Virus record (IMG/VR): IMGVR_UViG_3300047548_001236
Coordinates: 1 to 64,000 of that record
Strand: one strand, 5' to 3'
Length of the DNA stretch: 64,000 nucleotides
Shown: positions 9,712-19,414 of the stretch, piece by piece
Numbering within the stretch: the stretch's first letter is position 1
Layout of the letters: each line of letters starts with the position of its first letter
The notes under the pieces: model-generated
Seen by the model: the letters and a program-made list of their open reading frames with translations, nothing else
What the model was told of the DNA's origin: nothing
Databases searched by the model: none
Position numbers and translations under genes: made by a program

Positions 9712-9743
9712 AAAGAAAGGGGAGGCCCGAAAGAGCCTCCCCT
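9712..9743 (-). terminator. Rho-independent terminator after porin gene
   Basis: GGGGAGGC...GCCTCCCC hairpin followed by T-run. Confidence 0.75.
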
Positions 9744-9749
9744 TGTTGA

Positions 9750-10343
9750 TCAGAATGCCATGCCGAGCTTGATGGCGACGTTGGTCTCGTCGGCAGCGGT
9801 GTCGAACGAACGGGTCACGCTCGGACGAACATAGAGACCGTCTTGGATGTTGTAGGTAGCACCGACTTCAACCAGACCACCTTGCTGAGCCCAGTCGTTG
9901 GTAGCGTCCCACGAATACGACACTTCACCAAATGCGCTCAGCTTGTCGTTGAAGCGGTACGATGCGCCGACCAGCGGAGTAGCCAGCCACACGCCATCGG
10001 TCGAACCCGATGCGACGGTATACGCAGCTTCCAGCTGACCATATGCAGTCACGGCATTGAACTCCTTGGACACGCCATAGGTAGCGCTGACCGTTAGATC
10101 TTCGGTGACGACACCATATTCAGCACCCAGGGTCAAGTCGGCAGTGGCACCGAGCACTTCGTGGGGCAGAACAGCGACGTCGACGCCAAGCGATGTTGCT
10201 TCACCAGCAACAGTGCCCAGGCTAAATGCAACGTTGTCACGATACAGTTCCAGCGTCGCGGTGTTGTTGTCAAAATCATCGGCCATAGCAGCAGTACCGA
10301 GAACAGCAACAGCGGCAGTAGCCAAAAGAACAGACTTCATCAT
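9750..10343 (-). CDS. Outer-membrane beta-barrel (porin-like) protein
   Basis: Signal peptide (...AAMA/DD), amphipathic beta strands, C-terminal Phe. Confidence 0.8.
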   Translation of the reverse strand: MMKSVLLATAAVAVLGTAAMADDFDNNTATLELYRDNVAFSLGTVAGEATSLGVDVAVLPHEVLGATADLTLGAEYGVVTEDLTVSATYGVSKEFNAVTAYGQLEAAYTVASGSTDGVWLATPLVGASYRFNDKLSAFGEVSYSWDATNDWAQQGGLVEVGATYNIQDGLYVRPSVTRSFDTAADETNVAIKLGMAF

Positions 10344-10390
10344 TATTTTCTCCTTGAGGTTGATTGTGGGATGGTGTTATGCCATCCCTT

Positions 10391-10861
10391 TTAAATAGTG
10401 TTGTGAGCGTAGTGGTCGCCAGCGAAGCTCGCAGCAAATGCTTGTGGCTTCATCTTGGGTTCTACGCCTGTGACACCAAGCACGTATCCTGCTGCTTGCG
10501 TAGCAACACAGTTAGAACCGTGTTTTGGGTCGGTGTTGACATCGCAGTGGATCTCAACATCAAATTCGTCAATGAACGGAGCGAGCTGAATATACAGTTC
10601 ACAAGACTTCATAACCTCATTCATGAGGCGCGTTGAAGGACGATTCTTCTTAACGTCGAAGTCGGGTTCGACAGAGCGGTGCTTGAAGACTCTACATCCT
10701 CTATTACCGTTCATGTGGACAACGCATACTGTTGCATATTTTGCGAACCAGCGACCATCCTTACGAAAACGAACGGAGTCTGTACCGATATAGACTTTTG
10801 TATCCTTGTTGAGCGAGTACAGTAAGTCGACCAACTCTTCTACTTGTGCTTGTGTGAACAT
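10391..10861 (-). CDS. RNase H-like YkuK family protein
   Basis: VYIGTDS, RLMNEV, EIHCDVN, AASFAGD. Confidence 0.8.
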   Translation of the reverse strand: MFTQAQVEELVDLLYSLNKDTKVYIGTDSVRFRKDGRWFAKYATVCVVHMNGNRGCRVFKHRSVEPDFDVKKNRPSTRLMNEVMKSCELYIQLAPFIDEFDVEIHCDVNTDPKHGSNCVATQAAGYVLGVTGVEPKMKPQAFAASFAGDHYAHNTI

Positions 10862-10941
10862 TATAACACCTCATTATCTCCTTTCTGATGTAAACGTAAT
10901 TGTTTCACATCAGTAGGTACAATTACGAAAACCTGTAGTAT

Positions 10942-11628
10942 TTATGACGTCCAACGATCGTTTGTAAACTCATGAAAGTCAACAGGACCGTTTACACCTT
11001 TGTAATATTCTCCGATCACATATCTTCCGTGATACACAGCACCGCAGTCAAGATTGACGCGATTGGGTGATTTGATCGGACCGTGCTTTCTTGGTGTATG
11101 ACCATGAGTGAGAAACAGACGATTGTCTTTACTCGGGAAACTCATCCAGTCGTCCATTCGAGTCCACAACAGACTGCCGCTACTTTGTAGCCCAGGAGGA
11201 TACGTGTCATCGTAGAACGCATGTGCAAAAACGTTATTATCCTCGAAGTGGAACTTTTTCAGTCCCCTCATCCACTCGATCACTTCTTTAGGAAACGCAG
11301 CGTGAGCTCTGTCGTAGTTGACAGGTTGAATTGAAGGGGGGCAAAAGTGAACAAACACGTTGAAGTCATAAAGGCGATCTTTGCGGTCATACGCATCCAG
11401 AAACATGTCTTCGTGGTTGCCCATCAGGCAAATGAACTCCCAGTTCTTGGGAGTATACATTACGGTCTCAACGACTTTCTTGTTGTCTGGACCACGGTCG
11501 ATGTAGTCGCCAAGGAAGATGATCTTCCCACCGTTAGGGTTGTTCTTGTACACAAAATCCAGAGCTTGATCAAGTAGATCGTCACACCCATGAATATCGG
11601 GAAATACGTAATATCTTTGTTCATCCAT
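10942..11628 (-). CDS. Ser/Thr phosphatase-type metallophosphoesterase
   Basis: DIHG, GDYIDRG, GNHE, HGHTP. Confidence 0.92.
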   Translation of the reverse strand: MDEQRYYVFPDIHGCDDLLDQALDFVYKNNPNGGKIIFLGDYIDRGPDNKKVVETVMYTPKNWEFICLMGNHEDMFLDAYDRKDRLYDFNVFVHFCPPSIQPVNYDRAHAAFPKEVIEWMRGLKKFHFEDNNVFAHAFYDDTYPPGLQSSGSLLWTRMDDWMSFPSKDNRLFLTHGHTPRKHGPIKSPNRVNLDCGAVYHGRYVIGEYYKGVNGPVDFHEFTNDRWTS

Positions 11629-11962
11629 TTTTCAATTCTTTCTGCCATACAGAGAGTTCCTTGTATGTGCTACAACCACATGGTTTCCAGTTCAAACACT
11701 TTCTACCGAGCCAACCTAACGTGATGCAATGACATTTTTGTTTACTGCAAACTCCGTAATGTTCATTCAGGTAATGCGTTAAGTCTTTGTCTTGCATCTT
11801 GTATCTGCTTTTCCGCAAAATCGAGTAGGTAGTTACTCCTGTCACGACAATCATCTTCAAGGAACAGTTTTAAGTTAACAATAGCAGACTGTATATCGTC
11901 CTCTATCGTCCCCTTCATATTGAGACCAAACAACCCCATCAATATACTCCTAATCTCTAAAA

Positions 11963-12039
11963 TGGCGCCCCCGGCAGGAGTCGAACCCGCAACCCTCGGA
12001 GTCGAAATCCGATACTCTATCCAGTTGAGCTACAGAGGC
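11963..12039 (-). tRNA. tRNA-Arg(UCG)
   Basis: Cloverleaf, loop TTTCGAC, CCA. Confidence 0.92.
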
Positions 12040-12131
12040 TAAATGAGTGGCCTAACAGACGATCTTAATGGGCATTGGCATAAGCCTGGAGGTTCCTGGT
12101 TTGCCACTCGCTACTACGAACCTTTATTCGC

Positions 12132-13274
12132 TCAGATCTCAACCACCCTTAGTGGAGGAAACCCATTGAAAGCAACGCTGCTATATGTAGTAGTGTACGC
12201 TCCAGTGTTATTTATGATCACCTTATCGCCTGTTTTTATCGTTGCAGGCAACAGAATCTTGTGTTTTTCATAAAGCACGTCAGCACTGTCGCATGTTGGA
12301 CCAGCGAGTATGAAACCCTCCACAGGTTCATTTTCCTTACCAATCACGGCGATCTGATACTTAATAGCTTCCTGCTCTGTTTCTGCCAAACCAGAGAATC
12401 TACCAATGTTCAAATACACCCATTTTGTCGAATCGTTGTTTGACTTTTGCGACACTAGGAGAACGTCTGCAGCAATTGCACCGAGGTTTGCAACCATACC
12501 TCGACCAGGTTCAACAATCAGATAGTCGACTCCTTTGAATCTCTTTTTAATCATCGTATTGAGTAATTTATTATACTTCGAAGCTGGTGTAATGTCAACA
12601 CCGTAATAGCTTGGAAAACCACCTCCTATATTCAGCACATGAAAGTCGAATCCCTGCTCACGACATTCTTTCCATATCTCGGAAATGTAGTCCAACGTCG
12701 ATGTCCACATTTGTGGGTGTTTTGTTTGACTGCCGATATGGAAGCTCAATCCAACAGGATTCAGTCCTTTTGATTTAGCACGCTCGGCGAGCGGAATTAC
12801 CATGTCACGATGGCATCCAAACTTACGGCTGAGTGGCCAATCTGCTTCCGTATCGAGAATGATCACACGGATAAACACTCTCGAACCAGGAGCGTGTTCT
12901 GCTACTTTATCAATTTCATCAGACGAATCGACGGCAAAGAGATCAATACCTACACGATGTGCAAACCGTATATCGGAAACGCTCTTAATCGTGTTACCAA
13001 AGCTGATATCGGCAGGCTTTGCTCCTGCATCTAGACACTTTTGAATTTCACCAGCGCTTGCTGCATCAAACTTGCCTCCATACGAGCTGATTGCCTTTAA
13101 AATAGAAGGGTGAGGGTTTGCTTTAACCGCATAATGCACATTGCAGTTGGTAAAGTTTTCAGTGAAACTATCATAGTTCTGTTTAAGCGGTTCGAGATCA
13201 AGAACCAAGGTGGGATAGTCAAACGAGTTGTCTCGTATGAAACGATGTAGTTTACTTTCCATGAAACCCTCCAA
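12132..13274 (-). CDS. Fold-type III PLP-dependent ornithine/lysine decarboxylase
   Basis: HYAVKAN, FDAASAGE, SFHIGSQ, NIGGGF, EPGR, GPTCDSAD, GAYT. Confidence 0.92.
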   Translation of the reverse strand: MEGFMESKLHRFIRDNSFDYPTLVLDLEPLKQNYDSFTENFTNCNVHYAVKANPHPSILKAISSYGGKFDAASAGEIQKCLDAGAKPADISFGNTIKSVSDIRFAHRVGIDLFAVDSSDEIDKVAEHAPGSRVFIRVIILDTEADWPLSRKFGCHRDMVIPLAERAKSKGLNPVGLSFHIGSQTKHPQMWTSTLDYISEIWKECREQGFDFHVLNIGGGFPSYYGVDITPASKYNKLLNTMIKKRFKGVDYLIVEPGRGMVANLGAIAADVLLVSQKSNNDSTKWVYLNIGRFSGLAETEQEAIKYQIAVIGKENEPVEGFILAGPTCDSADVLYEKHKILLPATIKTGDKVIINNTGAYTTTYSSVAFNGFPPLRVVEI

Positions 13275-13331
13275 AAAGAAAAAGGTGAACGGACAACTCC
13301 GTTCACCTATTTATTACATTTTTTTCTACTA

Positions 13332-13646
13332 TCAGGCCTTCGACAGCTTCTGGTAGTAGGTAGCGGCAGTGTTCTTGCCAACACCACGGGCCACAGCTTC
13401 GGCGATCAGCTCGCTGCGCTTGACCTTGCCGAACTTCTCAGCAAACAGGGTGCGGAAGATCGACACGGGCGATTCGATGTTGGAAGCAGTCGTGCGGCGC
13501 TTCACAACAGCTTTGACGATGGCTTCGCTGACAACGACCTTGCCATCAGCACGTTTGGTGAACACCGGATTCGCGATCTTTGCGCGAACAGCACCGCGCT
13601 TGGCGCTCGACATCGAGGAGTAGATCTTTTCAACGGTTGCGGTCAT
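13332..13646 (-). CDS. Small basic hypothetical protein
   Basis: MTATVEK... with AAGGAA SD. Confidence 0.65.
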   Translation of the reverse strand: MTATVEKIYSSMSSAKRGAVRAKIANPVFTKRADGKVVVSEAIVKAVVKRRTTASNIESPVSIFRTLFAEKFGKVKRSELIAEAVARGVGKNTAATYYQKLSKA

Positions 13647-13902
13647 CTGTTTGTTCCTTCTGTGTGAGTGTGGTTTGTTTCTTTCGATGACCCTCATATA
13701 ACCCATGACACTGGGTCGCTCAACAGGAAAAACACACCGCAACACATTTTTTTCAAAAAAACTTAGACCAGCCTTACTTTTTCTTCTGCTGCTCTCGATA
13801 CTCGGCCAATTTCTTGAAGTACTCGGCACCTTCGAGATTGTGCCATTCATCACACTTACCGGTTGGCGACTTACCGCAGTTACACTCTTGTTGTTCCATG
13901 GC

Positions 13903-14121
13903 TTACTCCTTTCGTCTGTCGGTATTTATTGGTTCATCGTCGATCAGAGCTTCGTAAAACGCCCATACGAAAAGCAGAGCTGGAGCTACGATCAATGTGA
14001 ACAAAGCTAACCACCAACAACGTCCAAAAGCCTTGACTACTCCAATAAACAGGCACTTGCTGACCCAGAATAGCAGGACAGCAAGTGCAATAAGGAATAG
14101 TAACGCTAGAGGTTGTTCCAT
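13903..14121 (-). CDS. Small membrane protein
   Basis: Two hydrophobic segments. Confidence 0.55.
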   Translation of the reverse strand: MEQPLALLFLIALAVLLFWVSKCLFIGVVKAFGRCWWLALFTLIVAPALLFVWAFYEALIDDEPINTDRRKE

Positions 14122-14265
14122 TACAGACGCGTTTTGTTGGTAACCTTATCTTGCAGATCACGGGCCCACTTCGGCTGAGGGAGATTCCACCCAACGACCA
14201 GACCAACGATACCACCGATAATGAATGCAAACATCTTTCTCATCCTTTCATGTTATAGAGATTTC

Positions 14266-14357
14266 TCAGGAACGCGTTTGCCACCATGGCGATCAGTCGA
14301 AGTTACTCGATTGACAGGAGTCGAACCTGCTATTTCGTGTTTGCTGAAACGTTCCTT
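14266..14357 (-). ncRNA. CAGCAA-stem cassette 1: permuted tRNA-elbow mimic (T arm, loop-closed acceptor, D arm)
   Basis: AGGAACG/CGTTCCT closing stem, TTCAGCAAA, GCAGGTTCGACTCCTGT. Confidence 0.7.
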
Positions 14358-14363
14358 TGTATG

Positions 14364-14435
14364 TGGCCCTTCCTGCGTGAATTGAACACGCCTTCCCTGG
14401 TTTAGGAAACCTGGCCCCGACCCAGCGGAGGAAGG
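14364..14435 (-). tRNA. tRNA-Arg(CCU), atypical D arm
   Basis: Loop TTCCTAA, 7-bp acceptor, CCA. Confidence 0.7.
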
Positions 14436-14436
14436 A

Positions 14437-15726
14437 TTATTTTGGATAGTATGTCATTTCTGAGCCGTAGTCAACATCGTAGTCTGGCTCGTCGTGTTTG
14501 AAGCCGTGCTTCTCATACCACTTGATTAGTCTTTTGGTCGATTTAATATGCTCAGGACGGTTTGAGTACGCCTTTGCGAACAAGTTGATCTTAACACCGT
14601 GTTTATCTGCAAGCCCAGTCAGATGTTTCAAAGCCTTTGTGCCTGCCCCGCTCTTTGGCGCAAGAGATACGATATCGTGCATATGAACGTCGTTGCCATC
14701 TCTCGACAGATCGACGGTTGCGCCGTGTAGAATTCTGGCTGAGCGGTGAAACGGATGCTCAGTAGAGTCATTCCCGTATTCTGCCATAAATTGCTTAGCA
14801 CGCTCACCCGTTGCACCTTTACCTAGCTTGATACGAACAGGCTCTTCGGATTCGTTTATAGAGGTCTTGTACGCAGATGCTGGTATGCGATAAAAAGCAT
14901 AGCCAGACCCTGCTTCCGTATGTCCGCCCAATTTGTTTGTGTATCTGCGATATAACTTTCCCCGAGATGGTTCGGTGCTATCTGATGTGAAAAGTACAGT
15001 ATGTATTTGCGGGTTTCTTTTTAGATGGTGAGCGATGATGTTATGCATAGTACTCATCACTTTACCCGAACTTGCACCAGCATTGCCGGTAACGCCAACG
15101 TTACCATGTTTAGTCATGAAATACACATGCGCTGTGTTTGAATTGGCTTTGTCGTGGTTGACAAAGGCAATGTACGGCGTGCCATTATGCTCAAATTCGT
15201 AATTAGCACCACCACGCTGATTAATTGCCGTAGTAGTGAATAATAGGGGACTATCTCCAGCCTCGTTTATGGAAGATTTGTAGGCACTTGCAGGGACCAC
15301 GTGGATTGTATCATAGCCCGTTGGATCGGATATTCCACCGTGCTTTTCGGCATACCGCGCGTAGAGCTTTTCACGAGAAGGTTCATCAGGAGATGACGTG
15401 AACCGTACTTCTTCGATTTCAGGGTGCTTACCTAGGTGGTGCTTGACAATATTGTGTACCGTTGATAAGACTTTGACAGCCCCATGTCTTGCTCTACCTG
15501 TTACGTTCATGTCTCCCAATTCTGGTCTTTGGGAGTAGTCAGCAAAATTGACAAAGGCTGTTGGGAACGGCGCATCGTGGTGCGCGATGTTTACACGAAA
15601 CGGCTTTCCGTTATGTTGGAATGAATAGCGGTGATACCGTTGATCATACTCGTCGTGCTCGCCATCAAACTTGAATGGCAGCGCACCATCGCCTGCTTCT
15701 TTGAGGAATTGTGAAAATGACAACAT
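14437..15726 (-). CDS. Putative internal head polyprotein: capsid-targeting-like N-terminus, two repeated domains, C-terminal GNAT
   Basis: MLSFSQFLKE start; internal SINE/AGD and SINE/SEE linkers; GAGTKAL...LIKWYEKHGF; TATAAATA upstream. Confidence 0.7.
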   Translation of the reverse strand: MLSFSQFLKEAGDGALPFKFDGEHDEYDQRYHRYSFQHNGKPFRVNIAHHDAPFPTAFVNFADYSQRPELGDMNVTGRARHGAVKVLSTVHNIVKHHLGKHPEIEEVRFTSSPDEPSREKLYARYAEKHGGISDPTGYDTIHVVPASAYKSSINEAGDSPLLFTTTAINQRGGANYEFEHNGTPYIAFVNHDKANSNTAHVYFMTKHGNVGVTGNAGASSGKVMSTMHNIIAHHLKRNPQIHTVLFTSDSTEPSRGKLYRRYTNKLGGHTEAGSGYAFYRIPASAYKTSINESEEPVRIKLGKGATGERAKQFMAEYGNDSTEHPFHRSARILHGATVDLSRDGNDVHMHDIVSLAPKSGAGTKALKHLTGLADKHGVKINLFAKAYSNRPEHIKSTKRLIKWYEKHGFKHDEPDYDVDYGSEMTYYPK

Positions 15727-15757
15727 AATGGGATCTCCTTTATGCTGTATTTATACA

Positions 15758-15847
15758 TGGCGGATGGAGAGGGAGTCGAACCCCCACGAGTCGTTATCTC
15801 CTAACGCATTTCGAATGCGCGGCCACCACCTATTGGCTTGTCCATCC
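15758..15847 (-). tRNA. tRNA-Ser(CGA)
   Basis: Long variable arm, loop TTCGAAA, CCA. Confidence 0.88.
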
Positions 15848-15854
15848 GTTATTA

Positions 15855-15928
15855 TGGTGCCCTCGAAAGGATTCGAGCCTTTTCCTCTACGATGTGAACG
15901 TAGTGTCCTCCCATTAGACGACAAGGGC
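15855..15928 (-). tRNA. tRNA-Val(CAC)
   Basis: Loop TTCACAT, CCA. Confidence 0.82.
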
Positions 15929-15933
15929 AATTT

Positions 15934-16007
15934 TGGTCCTGACTGATGGGCTCGAACCATCCCTACCGGTTCCACAGACCGGTGTGCTACCGCTATCACT
16001 AAGTCAG
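15934..16007 (-). tRNA. tRNA-His(GUG), no G-1, A73
   Basis: Loop CTGTGGA; 3' end GGACCA. Confidence 0.88.
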
Positions 16008-16016
16008 GTTGATTTT

Positions 16017-16093
16017 TGGCACCGCGCCGGGATTCAAACCCTGTCCGCCTCAGTCACAGTGAGGAATGCAAATTCAATTACACCTGTCGCGGC
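16017..16093 (-). tRNA. Atypical tRNA-His(GUG)
   Basis: Loop CTGTGAC; degenerate D and T arms; G73. Confidence 0.6.
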
Positions 16094-16130
16094 ATTGTTA
16101 TTCTATTTATACTATATCTGGTCGGACGTG

Positions 16131-16505
16131 TCAACCGATTCTTTTGGTCAATTCGGCGAGCTCTGCCTCGAGCCTTTGTTTTTGCCTAATAGCATATTCA
16201 AGATCGTACGCTTTCCGTCTGATTTCTTGAAGCTCTTTTGATCGAATCGTTTTATCAGACTCTTTCCACTCGAGAGCAGGAATTGCTTCGACTTCACTCA
16301 TCACAACTTCAAACGTCACCACTTCACAGTCGTGGTAGTAATCAGCCTTTGTTTTTCTTGAGTAGCTGGATCCAACTTGCTTCATGTGAGATGTTACATG
16401 ATTGCGCGCTTTCCACTGCTTGCCCTTTCCATTGAACGTTGGAGACGTTCCACCTGTGCTGAAAAGGCCATCGCTTTTACGTCGAATCATATAGATGGTA
16501 GTCAT
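16131..16505 (-). CDS. Hypothetical protein
   Basis: ORF in operon. Confidence 0.65.
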   Translation of the reverse strand: MTTIYMIRRKSDGLFSTGGTSPTFNGKGKQWKARNHVTSHMKQVGSSYSRKTKADYYHDCEVVTFEVVMSEVEAIPALEWKESDKTIRSKELQEIRRKAYDLEYAIRQKQRLEAELAELTKRIG

Positions 16506-16792
16506 GTATCACCCTTAGCTGGATATTTGTTATCGCGGTTCTTACCTACATGATATCCATCGCAATGTAGGCACTTGTAGTTGGAAAACCACACACCGTG
16601 CTTTTTCGTCATCGATTCCGCGGCTCTCGTGGCAGATGCTTTAGTATTATACATCACTTTTGGCTTTCCGCTACCCTGCGAAATGTGGGAATTGATGTGA
16701 AACAACCCCCACGCATTTCGAGTAATAAAGAAGTTGCGAATAAATCGTTTCAACGGCATCTGATCCTTAACAACAAGGATGATGTTTCGCAT
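16502..16792 (-). CDS. Hypothetical protein with CxxC..H zinc-finger-like end
   Basis: YKCLHCDGYHVG. Confidence 0.6.
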   Translation of the reverse strand: MRNIILVVKDQMPLKRFIRNFFITRNAWGLFHINSHISQGSGKPKVMYNTKASATRAAESMTKKHGVWFSNYKCLHCDGYHVGKNRDNKYPAKGDT

Positions 16793-16793
16793 C

Positions 16794-17483
16794 TTATACA
16801 CGATTCTTCTCCAGGAATTCGTCAACCCAAAACGGAACAGTCTGTGTTGCAAGACCAATGTAATGTTCATCAAAGTCTTTGTAGTTTTCTGATTCTTTCA
16901 GATTGAACTCAATCGTCTGAGCTTTCTTCTTAGCCACATAAACAAAACCTGCAGCAGGATAGACGTTACCCGACGTGCCTATTGCCATGAAGATGTCACA
17001 ACGACGCAGCTCGTGATCGATGTCCAGCATATAGAATGGCTCTTCACCAAACCACACGATGTCGGGACGGACGGTCAACTCTCCACACTCGTAGCAAGGA
17101 TCGTTGACTGACATATGATCTGTTGCTAGTTGCTTATGGCCACAACATTCGCAGACAGCTTGAGCGAGGGATCCGTGCATATGGAGAACTTTTGACCCAG
17201 CTTTCTCGTGCAGGTCATCGACGTTCTGAGTTACGATTGTGACCTTATGTCCACTTTGCTGCAATTTAGTCAAAGCAAAATGTGCCGCATTCGGCTGAGC
17301 AGGTGCCGCGTCTTTACGACGCTGATTGTAGAAGTCCAATACCATCTGAGGATTGCGACGATACCCTTGAAGGGTGGCAACTTCTTCAATAGAGTAGCCA
17401 CTCCACAGACCGTCAGAATCTCTAAATGTCGGTATACCGCTTTCTGCGGAGATTCCGGCTCCAGTCAAAATCACTATATGCAT
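16794..17483 (-). CDS. cobB: Sir2/CobB NAD-dependent deacylase
   Basis: TGAGISAESGIPTFR, TQNVDDLHE, HMHG, RPDIVWFGE, GTSGNVYPAA. Confidence 0.93.
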   Translation of the reverse strand: MHIVILTGAGISAESGIPTFRDSDGLWSGYSIEEVATLQGYRRNPQMVLDFYNQRRKDAAPAQPNAAHFALTKLQQSGHKVTIVTQNVDDLHEKAGSKVLHMHGSLAQAVCECCGHKQLATDHMSVNDPCYECGELTVRPDIVWFGEEPFYMLDIDHELRRCDIFMAIGTSGNVYPAAGFVYVAKKKAQTIEFNLKESENYKDFDEHYIGLATQTVPFWVDEFLEKNRV

Positions 17484-17498
17484 AATGTACGTTTCCTA

Positions 17499-17951
17499 TC
17501 ATCTGTAAGCGTCTGCTTGTATCACGTGCCGATGTTCATGGCCAAGGTCAATTGTACGGCCGCCCATTTGTTTTGTGTACCTTGTATACACCGAAGCTCT
17601 TGAGGGCTCCGTTTTATCCGAGGTAAAGTCTATTGTTTGAACGTGGGGTCGATTTCCAACATGATGTTTGATTATGTGATGGACGGTGGACATTATACGG
17701 GCAGCTTTTGTTCCCTTATCACCAGTCATTTTATATACGTGGCTTTTTCTATCATCGTGGAAAGGTTCGAATGATACTTCCGCCTCACCTTGTGTATAAT
17801 GTCTCACGTCTACAAGTAGTTTGTGGCCATCTGCATCAAACGCATACGAAGCTGAATCACCGTGCCCCAATTCTGGGGACTTTTCAACTTCCTTAAAGGA
17901 GTAAGGGTTATCACGGGATTCCATTACAACAAATTGATGAAATGTCAGCAA
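17499..17951 (-). CDS. Putative internal head protein (paralog of 14437 domains)
   Basis: MLTFHQFVVME start; STVHHII...FTSD.TEPSR..Y motif. Confidence 0.7.
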   Translation of the reverse strand: MLTFHQFVVMESRDNPYSFKEVEKSPELGHGDSASYAFDADGHKLLVDVRHYTQGEAEVSFEPFHDDRKSHVYKMTGDKGTKAARIMSTVHHIIKHHVGNRPHVQTIDFTSDKTEPSRASVYTRYTKQMGGRTIDLGHEHRHVIQADAYR

Positions 17952-17980
17952 TTGTTTATCTTTCTTCGTTGTTGCTTTTA

Positions 17981-18064
17981 TGGTGCGGTCGGAGAGATTC
18001 GAACTCTCACGCTTTGCAGCACAGCGACCTCAACGCTGCGTGTCTACCATTCCACCACGACCGC
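17981..18064 (-). tRNA. tRNA-Leu(GAG)
   Basis: Class II cloverleaf, CCA. Confidence 0.92.
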
Positions 18065-18065
18065 T

Positions 18066-18524
18066 TTATTTTCTGTATGCGTCTGCAGGTACTGTATGGA
18101 CGTTAGTATCATATACCATGTTCGACCGATGGGTTGTTCCTCCCATCCTCATTGTGTAACGGTGATACAGGGAAGCTCTTGACGGTTCCGTAGTATCGGA
18201 CGTAAACCCTATCGTCCTCAATTCTGGATGTTTGGCAACATGTCTTTTAACGATATGATGAACAGTTGAAAGAATTCTTCCAGCCTTCATCCCTTGTTCG
18301 CCTGTCATGTGAAACGTAGGCATCTCCTCGCCATATTCATCTTCGCCATGATGTGTATGAAAAGTAACGTCTGCGTCTTTACCAAAATGCGTTATCGTTG
18401 CTGTATAAGGTGTTCCGTCAGCATTGAAATGATAACGTGTTTCAACTTCATCTTCGTCGCGGAGGTGGAAGTCGTAAGGTTTATCGCCAGCTTCTGCAAG
18501 CATAAAGGTTTTGAAGGAAAGCAA
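18066..18524 (-). CDS. Putative internal head protein (paralog)
   Basis: MLSFKTFMLAE start; same FTSD..EPSR motif. Confidence 0.7.
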   Translation of the reverse strand: MLSFKTFMLAEAGDKPYDFHLRDEDEVETRYHFNADGTPYTATITHFGKDADVTFHTHHGEDEYGEEMPTFHMTGEQGMKAGRILSTVHHIVKRHVAKHPELRTIGFTSDTTEPSRASLYHRYTMRMGGTTHRSNMVYDTNVHTVPADAYRK

Positions 18525-18569
18525 TTGTATTCTCCATAAACATTCAGTCGTTCTGTATATTTATGAAAT

Positions 18570-18674
18570 TGGTATCCCAGACAGGATTCGAACCTGCACC
18601 TACGTCGACTGATAACCAGCGGTAGGCCCTAGCTTTTTATGGCCCCGGTGTTTACCCACTTCCACCACTAGGAT
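18570..18674 (-). tRNA. Degenerate Leu-like tRNA with enlarged variable arm
   Basis: Acceptor, D and T arms and CCA intact; anticodon stem poorly paired. Confidence 0.5.
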
Positions 18675-18680
18675 ATTTTT

Positions 18681-18757
18681 TGGAGGTCGACCATGGACTT
18701 GAACCACGACCCCAGCTCTTGCAAGAGCTGTACATTAACCAATTTTGCTAATCGACC
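18681..18757 (-). tRNA. tRNA-Cys-like with 8-nt anticodon loop
   Basis: CAGCT-CTTGCAAG-AGCTG; U73; CCA. Confidence 0.7.
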
Positions 18758-19117
18758 TTATTGTTTAGGATCGCGGTACATCGCTTCTCGAGTACTGTAA
18801 TCCTTGTTACGTCCTTTGTTCTCGACAAACCCATGACGCTTGTAGAACTTGATCAACCGAGACTTTGAACCACCAAAGTCTGATGAGGGAGTCAACGTCA
18901 CACGCTTTTGTTTATCATCAGCGTATGCCGTGATACGCTTCATGGCTTCTGTTCCAAGACCTTCATTCCGACGATCCTTCGGCACGATGATCTTGCCAAC
19001 GTGCAAATAGCCAGGACGACTGTGATGGACGGAGTGGTCAACACCAAGCTCATCCAGAGCCTGGCGAAGCTGATCGATATCGTTACTTTCAAGAATGTAT
19101 TGTTTGAACGAAAACAT
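18758..19117 (-). CDS. GNAT acetyltransferase with capsid-targeting-like N-terminus
   Basis: MFSFKQYILE; RRNEGLGTEAM; LIKFYKRHGF. Confidence 0.8.
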   Translation of the reverse strand: MFSFKQYILESNDIDQLRQALDELGVDHSVHHSRPGYLHVGKIIVPKDRRNEGLGTEAMKRITAYADDKQKRVTLTPSSDFGGSKSRLIKFYKRHGFVENKGRNKDYSTREAMYRDPKQ

Positions 19118-19414
19118 GGTCCACCCTTTTGGGTGTATTTATCAATAGTATTCGTACATCTGATTGAGGCAGCGCTTACACTCGCCCTTGTAGTATTCGT
19201 TCATCGTTATCCTTAGCAGCCATATTATGGCCTGCGATTTTGCTGGTATCATTTTTGTCTCTCTGTGTGTCTATGAGGCAGGTGCGGTATCCCCAGCATC
19301 TTTAAAGCCAAAAACAGGCTCGCTAGTCCCATGCTCCTTTTGAGATTAGGGCCCTAATCCCTCCAGCTGTATTTATGATCACTAGATACAGTTGGACTTT
19401 CCTTACCTCGGTTC

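Noticed and set aside
19270-19410. AAGGAAAGTCC resembling the RNase P RNA conserved region
   Set aside because: The segment is too short and lacks the 3' ACAGAA...GGCTTA half of P4
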